Assembly (NCBI GenBank): GCA_030704615.1
Contig: CM060731.1
Span: 22,630,001 to 22,694,000, forward strand
Length of the DNA stretch: 64,000 nt
From: Takakia lepidozioides
Taxonomy: Eukaryota; Plantae; Bryophyta
Reading direction: 5' to 3'
In this document: positions 62,328-64,000 of the stretch, piece after piece
Numbering within the stretch: the stretch's first letter is position 1
Layout of the letters: every line of letters begins with the position of its first letter
Made by a program: the position numbers and the translations under genes
The notes under the pieces: generated by a model
Told to the model about the DNA's origin: nothing
Databases searched by the model: none
What the model saw: only the letters and a program-made list of their open reading frames with translations

Positions 62328-63179
62328 GTATTCAAATGAGATTGTAAACATGAAAGGGAATGTTAGATGGTGCCCTGTAAAGGGCTGTTTTGTCTTTCAA
62401 TGACAATGACCTTAGCGGTCTTGTCCATGTCTTGACATGACATGTATATCTTCCCTCTCTTTCGTGTTGCTCACAAAAAAAAAAAACCACAGAGGGAAAG
62501 AGGGGGTATAAAAAGTTAATAAGAGAGAGGGAAGATATACATGTCATGTCAAGACATGGACAAGACCGCTAAGGTCATTGTCATTGAAAGACAAAACAGC
62601 CCTTTACAGGGCACCATCTAACATTCCCTTTCATGTTTACAATATCATTTGAATACCCCATTACATTTCAGGGTCTCTGAAAAAACAGGGCGGGAGGGTG
62701 GGATTCCAGGTCATTCATATCATGAAAGCACCATAGTATGCATCATCATCTCAAAAATTCATTTCAAACTCATTTCAAAAACCAGATTGCAGGTTTGGTT
62801 TGAAGATGATGTTTTAGAACCAAGATATAAGCAGGATTCTTAAAAAGGAAGAAGAAACAACAGGGTTGAGCCCCCTTAAGCAGGTATAGGCCTAGAATGG
62901 TATTTTAAGGCCTCATAAAATAGTTCTGCCAAGGTGAAAGAGCAGCTCAAAAACCCCTGTTTGTTATCAAGCCATGAAACCAAAATGATATGAGGGCCTT
63001 GAAGAATGTGTGTTATCTATCAAAGCCTATCCTTTTGATCCACCAAGTATCAAGGCAGTCAGAGTAACAACTGCTATTTTGTATCCTTGTACCCTTCATA
63101 GCTTAATTCCTACTCATGCAAATGTAGTTGTAAAAAACCAGAAACAGGGGTAAGGAGAGAAGCAGATCCTCATTGGAGC

Positions 63180-63760
63180 CATCTTGGAGCAGGTCTGAAG
63201 CGGCATGATGGCAGTTTGAAACAGCAGATGGCATCAGTAGCATAGGCAGCAGCAGAATCCACATTTGCAAGAACAGGAGCTGCAAGCTTCAAGAAATCAA
63301 GACAAGTGAAGACCCTCACCTATGCCCGTCTCAAAAACCACCACATAGCGATGTGTGTTAGTGAGGATGCAGCAGGTGAGTGGCAGGTCTTCACAGTTGC
63401 TATCCATGTCAGTGTTGAATTCTAAAGCAAGTACAGATCACAATTCAAGCAAGGGTAAACTCAAAAAACCTTGAGTGTTTGTGGTATGCCCTGCGCCATG
63501 GCGTCCAATAGATCGTCTCCAACAGAACGCAATCAGAGTAGAAGTGTTCACAGATAGAGAATGGCTCATACACAAAGAGAGAGCAACATGTAATCTGTAG
63601 ATAAATAGGGATAGAGTACTTCCCAACAAGGAGTAAAAGCGCCGCTGCAAAATAAAGAACCATGAGTTTCTGATCAAAGCGATCACCGCTTTGTCGTCTG
63701 CCAGAGAAGAATCTGCTTAACCACCAATGCGCATCCCAAGAGCCAGCCATCACGAGTACC
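63180..63760 (-). pseudogene. Possible decayed LRR/F-box-like gene fragment
   Basis: The stop-riddled frame L*TLLL*LRSVGDDLLDAMAQGIPQTLKVF resembles a cysteine-containing LRR unit. Support is weak. Confidence 0.2.
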
Positions 63761-64000
63761 ATGTAGCAGCAGGGGAGCAGGTTTATACGGCGCATCATCA
63801 AGGTTCACTGAAGCACGAGTTCAGTGTTGTGAAGTGTGTCGGCCTGCTTAGGGCACAACTTCCTGATTTCTCATCCAGGGTGGATGAAAAATCACATTTT
63901 ATCAAGAGAAGCACTTTGTCAATGGATGACATCCAATAGAAATGTATCTTTTAGGGTTATGGTATAGGCTTAGGTTTAATAACTGCCATCATTTATGATG

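Larger units (their letters stand above)
48969..62757. repeat. Foldback inverted repeat (arms ~235 bp, loop ~60 bp) split by the LTR element: left arm 48969-49072 plus 62333-62460, right arm 62524-62757
   Basis: 62333-62460 pairs with 62524-62651 (1 mismatch). 48969-49072 pairs with 62652-62757. Confidence 0.92.

Overview
Eukaryotic nuclear DNA from a land plant; gene content and PPR style suggest a non-seed plant such as a bryophyte (inference). The gene-rich part (1-45 kb) holds a 3-exon SH4/ASR3-type trihelix factor, an intact PLS-DYW PPR RNA-editing gene head-to-head with LPA2, a frameshifted nodulin-like (NFD4) MFS transporter, a 16-exon MED16/SFR6, a decayed PLS-DYW PPR paralogue and a PhzF-family gene. 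Between them lie LINE and Gypsy remnants, four copies of a tRNA-derived SINE and a hAT-type MITE. The right end is a 13.25-kb Ty3/Gypsy LTR element on the minus strand (49073-62327), with intact termini, TSD GTATT, an Arg-type PBS and a PPT. It is inserted into one arm of a ~235-bp-arm foldback. The best novelty candidate is this element's ~3.7-kb extra coding region after integrase. That region is preceded by its own (CACAGC)n array matching an array in the LTR U3, and the element also has an extra ORF 5' of gag. All coordinates were read by eye and no database searches were run.
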